Sequence record: KJ019103.1
DNA: 64,000 nucleotides
Direction: 5' to 3' (one strand)
Below the pieces are notes generated by a model. That model ran no database searches. It was given only the letters and a program-made list of their open reading frames with translations, and was not told the DNA's origin. Below, in pieces: positions 55,618 to 64,000 of the stretch. Both the position numbers and the translations under genes were made by a program. How positions within the stretch are numbered: the first letter of the stretch is position 1; every line of letters starts with the position of its first letter.

Positions 55618-55664
55618 GAACCGGCACACAGGGGGTTGACAATACACCCCCATGGCTCTATACT
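55605..55664 (+). promoter_or_regulatory. element copy 33
   Basis: TGTGACAC..CCGGCACA, TTGACA-17-TATACT. Confidence 0.9.
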
Positions 55665-55688
55665 ACACTCATACACAGATCCAACCCC

Positions 55689-55850
55689 ATGAACAGCCAA
55701 CAGCATCTAGACTCCCTGGTATCCTCACTAGCCCAGGACGGTTGCCAAGAGATCGCAGTTATCAAGCTCCCTTCCCAAGCGAAGAGGAACCACAAGACCC
55801 TGTTCAGCCCACCCAATAGAAAGGCACTCAGAGCCAAGACTTCAGCCTGA
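55689..55850 (+). CDS. small basic protein (missing from ORF track)
   Basis: MNSQQHLDSLVSSLAQDG... Confidence 0.6.
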   Translation: MNSQQHLDSLVSSLAQDGCQEIAVIKLPSQAKRNHKTLFSPPNRKALRAKTSA

Positions 55851-55887
55851 TCACCCTACTCACTCATCCCCCTACCCCCTGAGAACT

Positions 55888-56070
55888 ATGAACAACATCG
55901 ATAACTTAGCTATGGATCGCCTGGATCAGTTGGCTTCCATGGTTATCCATCACACGGCGAATGGAAACGAATCACTCGCCGAACTCTGTGACCAGGAGGC
56001 ACGGGACCTACTGAACGAACTGGAATCCGAGGACTATACCTTCTGGACTATGAACCTGTTGGAAGCCTAG
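55888..56070 (+). CDS. hypothetical protein
   Basis: last ORF of the accessory array. Confidence 0.65.
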   Translation: MNNIDNLAMDRLDQLASMVIHHTANGNESLAELCDQEARDLLNELESEDYTFWTMNLLEA

Positions 56071-56546
56071 GGACAGGTTACTCAGGGGGACAGATCGACA
56101 GTCCCCCGAATCGACAGGTCCCCCGTCCGTTGAGCCGATACCCCCGGATCGCGATACCGAAAAGCAATAGGGGACCCAACTCGCAACCTACAAACGTTTC
56201 CCAGCGGGCTATAATTATCGATTCCATTTTATTTTTCCCAGGGTCACCGAGCCCACAGAGTCGCCTATATTATTCCCTTCCCAGTTTCCCAGGGTCTCCC
56301 AAAATTTCCCCCAGTAAAAATATTCCCCATAAGGTTATGCAATAAACACGGAGTGTTTCTCGTAGGGAACCGTAGAGGAACAATCTGTTTCTCTTCACCC
56401 CCTAGGGGCTCTCCGTATCTCTCTGTCACTCTCCCATTATAACATACAATACTCTACATTACATACAGTTACTCTGAGAATACAAACACAGAGATATAGT
56501 ATAAAATGTAGAAGTTCTATATACAACAGTTGTTACCCCTATATGA
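56071..56546. other. repeat-rich non-coding gap
   Basis: GGGGGAC/GTCCCCC hairpin, tandem ATCGACAG(G)TCCCCCG, TTTCCCAGGGTC twice; no credible ORF. Confidence 0.6.
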
Positions 56547-56711
56547 ATGAAAAAGGAAAACACGTTTATCACTGAGTTACAAGAGAATGTCTCCACGGGA
56601 GATCTAATGGCTTCTATTCCCCCACAGATCCTCTCAGAGATGGGATGGTATGAGGGCACGGAGGTACGTTGGGTCATCGATGGAAACGAGTTAGTTCTTA
56701 TGGAGTCTTAG
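56547..56711 (+). CDS. AbrB/MazE/SpoVT-like DNA-binding protein (missing from ORF track)
   Basis: own translation ...GDLMASIPPQILSEMGWYEGTEVRWVIDGNELVL matches the swapped-hairpin pattern. Confidence 0.7.
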   Translation: MKKENTFITELQENVSTGDLMASIPPQILSEMGWYEGTEVRWVIDGNELVLMES

Positions 56712-56722
56712 AGACTAAAAAA

Positions 56723-56914
56723 ATGGCACAAAAAACATCCCTGTATCATATCTACGTCAACAAAGAGCCCATCTATGTCAATCTAGATGAGGATGATTTT
56801 AAGCGAGAATATAGTTACCTGTTGGGGTTTTTGGAGTTGACTAATCTAAAGAAAGATGCTACAATAGAGTATGAGGAATGTGAGACTATTCTTGGTTTAG
56901 AATCGTCTTACTAA
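56723..56914 (+). CDS. hypothetical protein
   Basis: start corrected to MAQKTSLY. Confidence 0.7.
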   Translation: MAQKTSLYHIYVNKEPIYVNLDEDDFKREYSYLLGFLELTNLKKDATIEYEECETILGLESSY

Positions 56915-56955
56915 TCCTCTACATACTAGTATGAACACATTAATGGAGTATTGAA

Positions 56956-57723
56956 ATGGCAAAGGGTTTCACCGTGAAGGCGAAGACACCCCCTAAAGGA
57001 ACCGAAGCTAAAAAGGCATCGGAATGGGATTATGATAAGGCTAAGGAGATTATGCGTGGTAAGAGCGTAGTATTCTGTCTCCCTGGTCGTGGCGTTAGTT
57101 ATACGTATCTAAAGAACTTTGTTCAGCTATGCTTTGACTTAGTTCAAATGGGAGCTTCGATTCAGATCTCTCAAGACTATAGTTCAATGGTTAACTTTGC
57201 ACGTTGTAAGTGCTTAGGTGCCAACGTTCTACGGGGTCCTGATCAGATTCCATGGGATGGTCGACTTAAGTATGACTACCAACTCTGGATTGATAGTGAT
57301 ATCGTATTCAACACTGAGAAGTTCCTACAACTTGTTCTAATGGACAAGGACATTGCTTCTGGTTGGTATTGTACTGAAGATGGACGTACCTCCTCTGTAG
57401 CCCACTGGTTAGAGGAAGATGACTTTGCCAAGAATGGTGGTGTCATGAACCATGAGAACCTAGAAACAATGGCTAAGCGTAAGAAGCCTTTCACGGTTGA
57501 CTACACTGGCTTCGGTTGGGTCCTTATCAAGAATGGTGTCTTTGAGCACCCTGAGATGAAGTATCCATGGTTCGCACCTAAGATGCAGATCTTTGAATCT
57601 GGTGATGTACAGGATATGTGTGGTGAAGACGTTAGCTTCTGTTTAGATGCTATTGAAGCTGGATTTGAGATCTGGTGTGATCCTCGTATCCGTGTTGGAC
57701 ATGAGAAGTCACGAGTGATCTAA
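56956..57723 (+). CDS. GT-A-fold glycosyltransferase-like protein
   Basis: LWIDSDIVF DxD motif, GFGWVLIK, GEDVSFC, VGHEK. Confidence 0.7.
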   Translation: MAKGFTVKAKTPPKGTEAKKASEWDYDKAKEIMRGKSVVFCLPGRGVSYTYLKNFVQLCFDLVQMGASIQISQDYSSMVNFARCKCLGANVLRGPDQIPWDGRLKYDYQLWIDSDIVFNTEKFLQLVLMDKDIASGWYCTEDGRTSSVAHWLEEDDFAKNGGVMNHENLETMAKRKKPFTVDYTGFGWVLIKNGVFEHPEMKYPWFAPKMQIFESGDVQDMCGEDVSFCLDAIEAGFEIWCDPRIRVGHEKSRVI

Positions 57724-57887
57724 TGGACCACTTGTATGATATAATCATAGAAGGTCAGGTTATTCATAAGGGAGTATGTGAAGAGGAGTTTCTAGATCTT
57801 ATGGAGATCTTCTCTTCCAACTATTATGAATGTGGGTTCCCCCATCCTGACACCATCTCTCACACAATGTATACTAAGGAGAACTAA
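57723..57887 (+). CDS. small hypothetical protein (missing from ORF track)
   Basis: MDHLYDIIIEG...; coupled at both ends. Confidence 0.65.
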   Translation: MDHLYDIIIEGQVIHKGVCEEEFLDLMEIFSSNYYECGFPHPDTISHTMYTKEN

Positions 57888-58018
57888 TGTACGGAAACAC
57901 TAAGACTCAGGATGCGGCAAGACCTAAGAGAACCTCTCAAGGTCGTTCAGCAAACACTAAGATGAGTGCTACCTCACGAAACTCTCGTAAGAAGCGTTAC
58001 CGCGGACAAGGTAGATAA
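57887..58018 (+). CDS. small basic protein (missing from ORF track)
   Basis: PKRTSQG...SRNSRKKRYRGQGR. Confidence 0.7.
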   Translation: MYGNTKTQDAARPKRTSQGRSANTKMSATSRNSRKKRYRGQGR

Positions 58019-58025
58019 GATATCT

Positions 58026-58056
58026 AACCACCTCTAAATACTAGGGGTGGTTTTTT
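58026..58056 (+). terminator. intrinsic terminator containing a late promoter
   Basis: AACCACCTCT/AGGGGTGGTT stem plus T tract; TAAATA at 58035-58040. Confidence 0.75.
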
Positions 58057-58070
58057 AGTGCTATTTCTTT

Positions 58071-58679
58071 ATGGAAGTGTTGCATGAGTTTTTGAATGTA
58101 CATCCAGATGACATGTGGGTGTATAACAAACTACAACTTTGTCGTAAGTTGGAGTATATCTGTGGACCTCTAGGGGCACCAGTACCCTTTCCTGGTTGGT
58201 ATATCCTTAAGCCTGCTATAAACTTCCTTGGTATGGGAAGAAACTCAAGAAAGATATGGTTAACTCCTGAAGATAAGACAGAAAACTTTGGAATACCGGG
58301 TGAGTTTTGGTCTGAGTTCTTTGTAGGGGAACATATTAGTATAGATTATCACAAAAGACATCAGATATTAACTGTCAAGGGATACCCAGAGGATAAGAAA
58401 CACATCTCTGAGTGCTCTAGATGGAAGAAGTGGACTAAAGTTGATAGAGAAGTACCATTCCCAGAAGTATTAGGGGATGTATGGAGGAACTATGCTACTA
58501 TTAACATTGAATGCATTGGTGGAAATATGATTGAAGCCCATGTTAGGGGTAACCCTGACTTTGTTTGGGGTAATGAAGAAGCTATTCCAGTGTGGAAAGG
58601 TGATAGAATAGATCCACCGGATGGTTATACATATGTCAAGAGTCCAGATTACGAAAGAGTTGGGTTCTACATCAAGTAA
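58071..58679 (+). CDS. hypothetical protein, possibly ATP-grasp-like
   Basis: YILKP, EFFVGEHISID, NIECIGGNMIEAH.R.NPD. Confidence 0.55.
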   Translation: MEVLHEFLNVHPDDMWVYNKLQLCRKLEYICGPLGAPVPFPGWYILKPAINFLGMGRNSRKIWLTPEDKTENFGIPGEFWSEFFVGEHISIDYHKRHQILTVKGYPEDKKHISECSRWKKWTKVDREVPFPEVLGDVWRNYATINIECIGGNMIEAHVRGNPDFVWGNEEAIPVWKGDRIDPPDGYTYVKSPDYERVGFYIK

Positions 58680-58746
58680 ATAAAGTATCAGGGGATAGAA
58701 ACCCCCTTAAAAGTTCTATAACTGTTGTTTTTAGGACTATAGTACT
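58677..58746 (+). promoter_or_regulatory. late promoter plus structured leader
   Basis: TAAATA, then GGGG-ATAGAAA-CCCC and AGTTCTA..TAGGACT hairpins. Confidence 0.5.
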
Positions 58747-58884
58747 ATGGGAAGACCAGTAGATCGATCAGAAGGAGTTCTTTTAGTCACCGATTATGGT
58801 GCTCTTGAGTGGGCATTGAAGAAAAAGAAGGAAATGGCGAAGAGATGTCCGTCATGTTCTTGTCAGACAAAGGCAACTTCCTGA
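58747..58884 (+). CDS. small hypothetical protein (missing from ORF track)
   Basis: MGRPVDRSEGVLLVTDYG...CPSCSC. Confidence 0.55.
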   Translation: MGRPVDRSEGVLLVTDYGALEWALKKKKEMAKRCPSCSCQTKATS

Positions 58885-58892
58885 TAATACAC

Positions 58893-58908
58893 TAAATACA
58901 ACTAAATA
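58893..58908 (+). promoter_or_regulatory. tandem late promoters
   Basis: ACTAAATAC twice, 10 bp apart, upstream of gp25. Confidence 0.7.
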
Positions 58909-58918
58909 CGCAACAATA

Positions 58919-59323
58919 ATGGCAGAAGTCACACGTATTTCTAGGGCATTTAAGGACATTAGTCTCTCGTTCAAACCTCATCCGGTTACGGGAGATATTT
59001 CTGTGCTCAAAAACGAGAGAGCGATCAACAAATCTGTACAGAATATCGTCGAAACCATTCCTGGTGAGAAGTTTTTCAATCCTAACTTTGGTTCTGACGT
59101 TAGATCAATGCTTTTTGAGTTAGTTGACTTTGGTAGTTCCGCATTAATTGAGGATCAGATCCTAACTTCCATTAATAACTACGAACCAAGAGTTAATAAA
59201 GTAAAAGTATCGGTAGATCCGAGACCTGATACTAATGAATTCGAGGTTACTGTTAATTATGAAATCATAGGACAACCATTTCCTTCCCAAACATTCACAT
59301 TCATCTTAGAGGCAACTAGGTAA
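58919..59323 (+). CDS. gp25: baseplate wedge subunit gp25
   Basis: FKDISLSF..HP, GEKFFNPNFGS, YEPRV. Confidence 0.95.
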   Translation: MAEVTRISRAFKDISLSFKPHPVTGDISVLKNERAINKSVQNIVETIPGEKFFNPNFGSDVRSMLFELVDFGSSALIEDQILTSINNYEPRVNKVKVSVDPRPDTNEFEVTVNYEIIGQPFPSQTFTFILEATR

Positions 59324-61248
59324 TGGCATTTACTAAGTTCACTAACCTAGATTACGACCAGATTAAGGCGTCTATTAAGGATTATCTAAGAGCAAACTCA
59401 GATTTCACTGGGTTTGACTTTGATGGTTCTAACTTTTCTGTGCTAATTGATACTTTAGCATACAACGCCTACATCAACTCAGTAAATGCCAACATGATTG
59501 TCAATGAATCCTTTTTGGATTCAGCAGTCGTTAGGAGAAACGTGGTTTCTCTTGCTGGAAATATCGGATATCTACCAAGATCAAAGAAAGCAGCACAAGC
59601 AAAGATTACACTTACTATTGCAACCGCCTCAGATACTCCTACGCTCACCCTGAAGGCGGGTTTGGTGTGTGTTGGGGCACAAGATAACACAAACTATGTG
59701 TTCTCCATTCCAGAGGATATTACGACACTAGTAAATGATGGGGTTGCTCAGTTTGGAACTACTGAAGATCCCATTACTGTCTACCAAGGAACATATTTAC
59801 AGAACTCCTTTACCTATGATGGGTCCTTAGATCAGAGATTCATCATTACCAACTCCAATATGGACTACAGTACCCTTGTGGTGCGTGTTAAAGATCAAAA
59901 TGAACAGACTCCTGGTAAAGTCTGGAACAGGGTAGAGAATATTATCAAGATCAATAGGGATAGTGAGATATATTTCTTAGCAGAAGTTGAAAAGGAGTAC
60001 TATGAACTCCTATTTGGTGATGGAATCTTTGGTAAGAAGCTAAAACAGGGACAACAACCTGTTGCGAGTTACATTTTGACTGATGGGTCATCAGGAAATG
60101 GACCTTCTAAGTTCAGTTATTCGGGTTCTGTGGTTAGTTCGACTGGTGGAGTGATAATCCCTACCAATACCATCGATATAACCACTGTAGAGAGTGCTAG
60201 GAATGGTGCAAATATTGAATCTGTTGACTCTGTAAGGTATTATGCACCCAAACTCTATGGTGCTCAGTATAGAAGTGTAACTGCTCGTGATTACGAGGGT
60301 ATTATTAAGGAAATTTACCCAAATACGGAGTCTGTCTCTGTTGTTGGTGGTGAAGAACTCGATCCACCCCAGTTTGGTAACGTTTTAATCAGTATCAAAC
60401 CGGTAAATGGTACCGAAGTCTCTGATTTTGACAAAAAGAACATATTGGAGGGGTTGAAACAGTACACAATCGCTGGAATCAACCAACAACTAGTGGATCT
60501 TAAGATTCTATTCGTCGAATTGGACTCTTATGTCTACTATGATGTAACTAAAGTGGCATCTGCTGACTCTTTGAAGACAGAAGTCATTGGTTCACTCAAT
60601 ACTTACGCAAAATCAGTCGATCTTAACAAGTTTGGCGGTAGATTCAAGTATTCGAAGGCACAGAAGGTAATTGACGACACCAGTATCGCTGTTACCTCCA
60701 ATATTACTCGTGTTGTTATCCGTAGAAACCTATCTGCAGCGATTGGGCAGTTTGCACAGTATGAATTGTGCTTTGGTAACGGTTTTCACATCAAAGCATC
60801 AGGTGGAAACATCAAAACCACTGGTTTCCGCATTACTGGGTTGAATGATGTTGTATACTTAACAGATACACCAAATAAAGATGCAAATGGAAATGTAGAT
60901 AACTCAGGGAAGGGTAAGATTTCCGTAATTACTGGAATTGCCGATGATAATGGTAGTTTCCGATATACTGTTGTTATTGATAAGGCAGGAACAGTGGATT
61001 ATACAAAAGGAGAGATAATGTTGAACACTTTACAGATAAGTTCTACTGTTAAACCCAATAGAATTGTTGAAGTGCAGGCATACCCAACATCTAATGATAT
61101 TATTGGTTTGAAGGACCTTTATGTGTCACTAGCTGTTCCTGATAGTGAGATAAATATGGTTAAGGATACTATTACCAGTGGTGAGCAAATCTCTGGTGTA
61201 GGATTCAAAGTAACCTCCAGTTACGGCAACGGCAAGTTAACACGGTAA
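59323..61248 (+). CDS. gp6: baseplate wedge subunit gp6
   Basis: LDYDQIKASIKDYL, DFDGSNFSVLIDTLAYN, RSVTARDYE, PPQFGNVLISIKP. Confidence 0.95.
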   Translation: MAFTKFTNLDYDQIKASIKDYLRANSDFTGFDFDGSNFSVLIDTLAYNAYINSVNANMIVNESFLDSAVVRRNVVSLAGNIGYLPRSKKAAQAKITLTIATASDTPTLTLKAGLVCVGAQDNTNYVFSIPEDITTLVNDGVAQFGTTEDPITVYQGTYLQNSFTYDGSLDQRFIITNSNMDYSTLVVRVKDQNEQTPGKVWNRVENIIKINRDSEIYFLAEVEKEYYELLFGDGIFGKKLKQGQQPVASYILTDGSSGNGPSKFSYSGSVVSSTGGVIIPTNTIDITTVESARNGANIESVDSVRYYAPKLYGAQYRSVTARDYEGIIKEIYPNTESVSVVGGEELDPPQFGNVLISIKPVNGTEVSDFDKKNILEGLKQYTIAGINQQLVDLKILFVELDSYVYYDVTKVASADSLKTEVIGSLNTYAKSVDLNKFGGRFKYSKAQKVIDDTSIAVTSNITRVVIRRNLSAAIGQFAQYELCFGNGFHIKASGGNIKTTGFRITGLNDVVYLTDTPNKDANGNVDNSGKGKISVITGIADDNGSFRYTVVIDKAGTVDYTKGEIMLNTLQISSTVKPNRIVEVQAYPTSNDIIGLKDLYVSLAVPDSEINMVKDTITSGEQISGVGFKVTSSYGNGKLTR

Positions 61249-61260
61249 TAGGTATTAAAC

Positions 61261-64000
61261 ATGATCGGTACTGAGCTAGGTATTGACGTGAGAGTTAAGA
61301 TTCAGGATGTGGTTTCCTCACAACTTCCTGATTATATTTTAAGTGAAGCTCCACTCACCGACGATTTTCTAAAACAGTTTTACATATCTCAGGAATACCA
61401 AGGCGGTACTGTAGATTTTGCGTCAAACCTAGATCAATACCTCTCTCTGACAACACTTGGCAGTGAGAATCTTTATACTGCCTTTGAACTTACACAAGAT
61501 GTAAGTATTGATGATACTATTATTCATGTTAATACTACAAGTACCTTCCCCAACGAATGGGGTCTTCTAAAGATTGATGATGAGATTGTCACCTATACCG
61601 GTCTCACCACAAACACCTTCACTGGAGTTGTAAGAGGTTTCAGTGGTATTTCTAGTTACAGAGATTCTGATAATCCTTCCGAACTTGTATTTGAAACCAC
61701 AACCGCTGCCACTCACACTACAGAAACCAATGTTGAGAATCTATCAACACTCTTCCTAAAGAATTTCTACGACAAACTCAAGTATACCTTTGCTCCTGGT
61801 TTTGAGAACCTAGAGTTCAATAGTGAAGTTAGTGTTGGTCAGTGGATTCGTCAGGCAAGATCATTCTACCAATCTAAGGGTAGTGAAGAGTCCTTCAAGA
61901 TTCTATTCAGAGTATTATATGGTGAAGATCCTCTAGTTATTGATCTAGAGCAGTTCCTTATCAAACCTTCCCAAGCAGAGTACTCTAGAAGGGACTATGC
62001 GGTTGCTATTCCAGTCAGTGGTAACCCTATAACCCTCAAGGGTAAGACAGTGTATCAGAGTGATGCAGAGGACGTGTTTGGTGCCATCTCAGAGATTGAG
62101 ACATTTACTAGAGATAACAAATTATATTACAGAATCTACTTCTTTGTTAGTAATGATGAAATTGCTAATGAGAGAAAACTATTCACTATCCCTGGTAGAT
62201 CAAGAACACAGAGAGGATGGAATCAGGGTGACACTACAATCACTGTAGATACTACTCTTGGGTTTAGGGATAACAATGAGTTTATCACTGAAGATGGAAC
62301 TAAGTTTACATACTTGGAGAGAACTGTTAATCAGTTCCTAGGTGTTGAATGTAGTGATACAGAGAAAACACTAGGTACTAATGAAGATATCATTGATGAT
62401 ATTACTATCTTTGGTATTAATGATGATGGTGAGACTGTCTCACTACGTATGACTGGTGTTATCTCTGATATTGAGTTCCCCGATGAAGTCCCATTCACTA
62501 CACCTGGGGAGAAGATATCTGTAGATACCTTAGGTGAGAATATCATCTCTGCTGATGTAACTAGAAGTGAGCCTACACAGAGACAGATCATTGCTAATAG
62601 TTTCATCTATAACACTTCAGTAAGAATGGAAGTAGATGAACTCAATGGTTCTGATTTCCAAATCAATACTGCCTACTTAGATAAAGCTTTCATTTCTCCT
62701 GGTGACTCTGTTGATATTCTCCAAAGAGGCTCGCAGCTTGTCTATGTCGCTAATCGCAAAGTAACCTCAGTTGACTATCTCAATAGTATTATAACAATCA
62801 ATGACTCATTTGGCATCCCTTTAGATCAATCACTTGATATCAGAAGGAATCAGAACTATGCAAAGAGTAGCACTACAGATATTGAGTATGGTCAGAACTC
62901 TGTTCTATCCAATGTTCTGAACCTTTATGATGCAACAGAGTTTGATGGTAACTTCTATGTTGCAACTAACTCCCTACCTTCCTATGATATGGAAGTTAAA
63001 GTTGTTGAGAGTATCCTCACTGGAATCACTACTTCTAACTTTGAAGGATATAACTCATTCACTGATCAGTATTCAACAATTATCTTTGATTCTGCCACTT
63101 CATTCATAACTGGTGATCTAATTTCATATAGAGTTATCTCAGTAGAAAGAACAGGTATTCCCCTTATCACTGAAGGTGAATACTTTGTAGAGGTTCTCAG
63201 CAACCCCAGAAAGATTAAACTATATGTATCACCTTCCTTCATTGGAAGTGATAACTTTGTTGGATTCGTATATAACGATGCAGTAGGTGCTCATGCCTTC
63301 ACTCTAGAGGAACAGAAAGATAGAAGAATCAATACTAAGAATGTATTCAAGAAGATTCCCTTCACAGCAACCAAACAGAATATCACTATCCCTAGAACAC
63401 CCGATGTAACCCCCTCAGGTTCCCCTGTGGCAGTTCTTACTAATGGTGTAGAGGTATTGTCATATAAGTCACCAGATAAGGTGTTCTTGGGTCCTTTAGA
63501 AGAAGTTGTTCCTGTTGCTTCTGGTGAGGGTTATAGTGTTATTGGACCACCCAATATCCTAATCACACCACCTAATATTCAAGTTACAGATCCAACTGGT
63601 ATTCCTACTGATGGTGGTGTTGCTAGAGTATCACCAGTTATCTCTGGTAGGTTGAAGAAGATCTATATCGATCCACAAGACTTTGATATTGAGGAAGTAT
63701 TCTCAATCACTGTTGTTGGTGGTAACAGTCGTGGTGCCACAGCAAAACCACAGATTTCTAAGAGAACTCGTTCTATCCCCTTTGATACGAGACTTGATAT
63801 CTACGGTGGTGGTATTAATCCAAATGAAGAGACCATCCTATTCTTAACTGAACACAAACTCGCCAAGGGTGATGCAATTATCTACGAAAACAACGATACA
63901 CAAAGTATTGGTGTTAATGTTGCTGGTGGTAGTAACATCTATAATGGCCAGACACTATCTAACGGTGCTGTGTATTTTGCAGAACCCCTTAATAATGTAA
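61261..64000 (+). CDS. gp7: baseplate wedge initiator gp7-like protein (runs off the window)
   Basis: open frame from ATG 61261; VVSSQLP, FLKQFY.SQEYQG, FYQSKGSEESFKILFRVLYGE; follows gp6. Confidence 0.85.
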   Translation, partial: MIGTELGIDVRVKIQDVVSSQLPDYILSEAPLTDDFLKQFYISQEYQGGTVDFASNLDQYLSLTTLGSENLYTAFELTQDVSIDDTIIHVNTTSTFPNEWGLLKIDDEIVTYTGLTTNTFTGVVRGFSGISSYRDSDNPSELVFETTTAATHTTETNVENLSTLFLKNFYDKLKYTFAPGFENLEFNSEVSVGQWIRQARSFYQSKGSEESFKILFRVLYGEDPLVIDLEQFLIKPSQAEYSRRDYAVAIPVSGNPITLKGKTVYQSDAEDVFGAISEIETFTRDNKLYYRIYFFVSNDEIANERKLFTIPGRSRTQRGWNQGDTTITVDTTLGFRDNNEFITEDGTKFTYLERTVNQFLGVECSDTEKTLGTNEDIIDDITIFGINDDGETVSLRMTGVISDIEFPDEVPFTTPGEKISVDTLGENIISADVTRSEPTQRQIIANSFIYNTSVRMEVDELNGSDFQINTAYLDKAFISPGDSVDILQRGSQLVYVANRKVTSVDYLNSIITINDSFGIPLDQSLDIRRNQNYAKSSTTDIEYGQNSVLSNVLNLYDATEFDGNFYVATNSLPSYDMEVKVVESILTGITTSNFEGYNSFTDQYSTIIFDSATSFITGDLISYRVISVERTGIPLITEGEYFVEVLSNPRKIKLYVSPSFIGSDNFVGFVYNDAVGAHAFTLEEQKDRRINTKNVFKKIPFTATKQNITIPRTPDVTPSGSPVAVLTNGVEVLSYKSPDKVFLGPLEEVVPVASGEGYSVIGPPNILITPPNIQVTDPTGIPTDGGVARVSPVISGRLKKIYIDPQDFDIEEVFSITVVGGNSRGATAKPQISKRTRSIPFDTRLDIYGGGINPNEETILFLTEHKLAKGDAIIYENNDTQSIGVNVAGGSNIYNGQTLSNGAVYFAEPLNNV

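Larger units (their letters stand above)
27760..55664 (+). repeat. dispersed family of 33 ~60-bp dyad-plus-promoter elements
   Basis: consensus TGTGACAG-N8-STGGCACA-N6/7-(TAGGCA/TTGGCA)-N17-TATACT-atattcataccaaaggaac; all copies co-oriented on +. Confidence 0.95.

Noticed and set aside
27760-55664. CRISPR array interpretation of the dispersed repeats
   Set aside because: The intervals are 0.2-3.5 kb and contain whole ORFs, the repeats carry promoter boxes, and no cas genes are present.
56130-56345. 71-aa Pro/Ser-rich ORF in the gap
   Set aside because: TTG start, no RBS, and composition explained by C-runs.
1-64000. tRNA, rRNA, intron, intein, integrase or diversity-generating retroelement
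   Set aside because: No cloverleaf, splicing, recombinase or reverse-transcriptase motifs were recognised by eye. tRNAscan-SE and Infernal would be needed to exclude them formally.

Overview
64 kb segment of a T4-like cyanomyovirus genome, probably a marine Synechococcus phage. Evidence: gp32, petE, TAAATA late promoters and the baseplate gene set. Layout: (1) 1-27752 is a late structural block with gp32, petE, gp2/gp4, gp54-gp48-gp53-gp26-gp51, a tape-measure-like gene, a lysozyme+M23 tail hydrolase, hub and gp5, a collagen-like fibre followed by methyltransferase/glycosyltransferase/2OG-Fe(II) oxygenase genes, and two large fibre proteins. (2) 27760-56070 is an accessory/early region of about 80 mostly small co-oriented ORFs, punctuated by 33 copies of a ~60 bp promoter element (24 bp dyad TGTGMCAS-N8-STGGCACA, -35-like hexamer, 17 bp spacer, TATACT/TATAAT). 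Upstream genes often end inside the dyad, so the region reads like a gene-cassette array. (3) 56071-64000 has a repeat-rich non-coding gap, an AbrB-like small ORF, conserved small genes and gp25-gp6-gp7 (gp7 partial). No tRNA, rRNA, CRISPR array, integrase or reverse transcriptase was recognised. All product calls come from motif recognition by eye; no database search was run.
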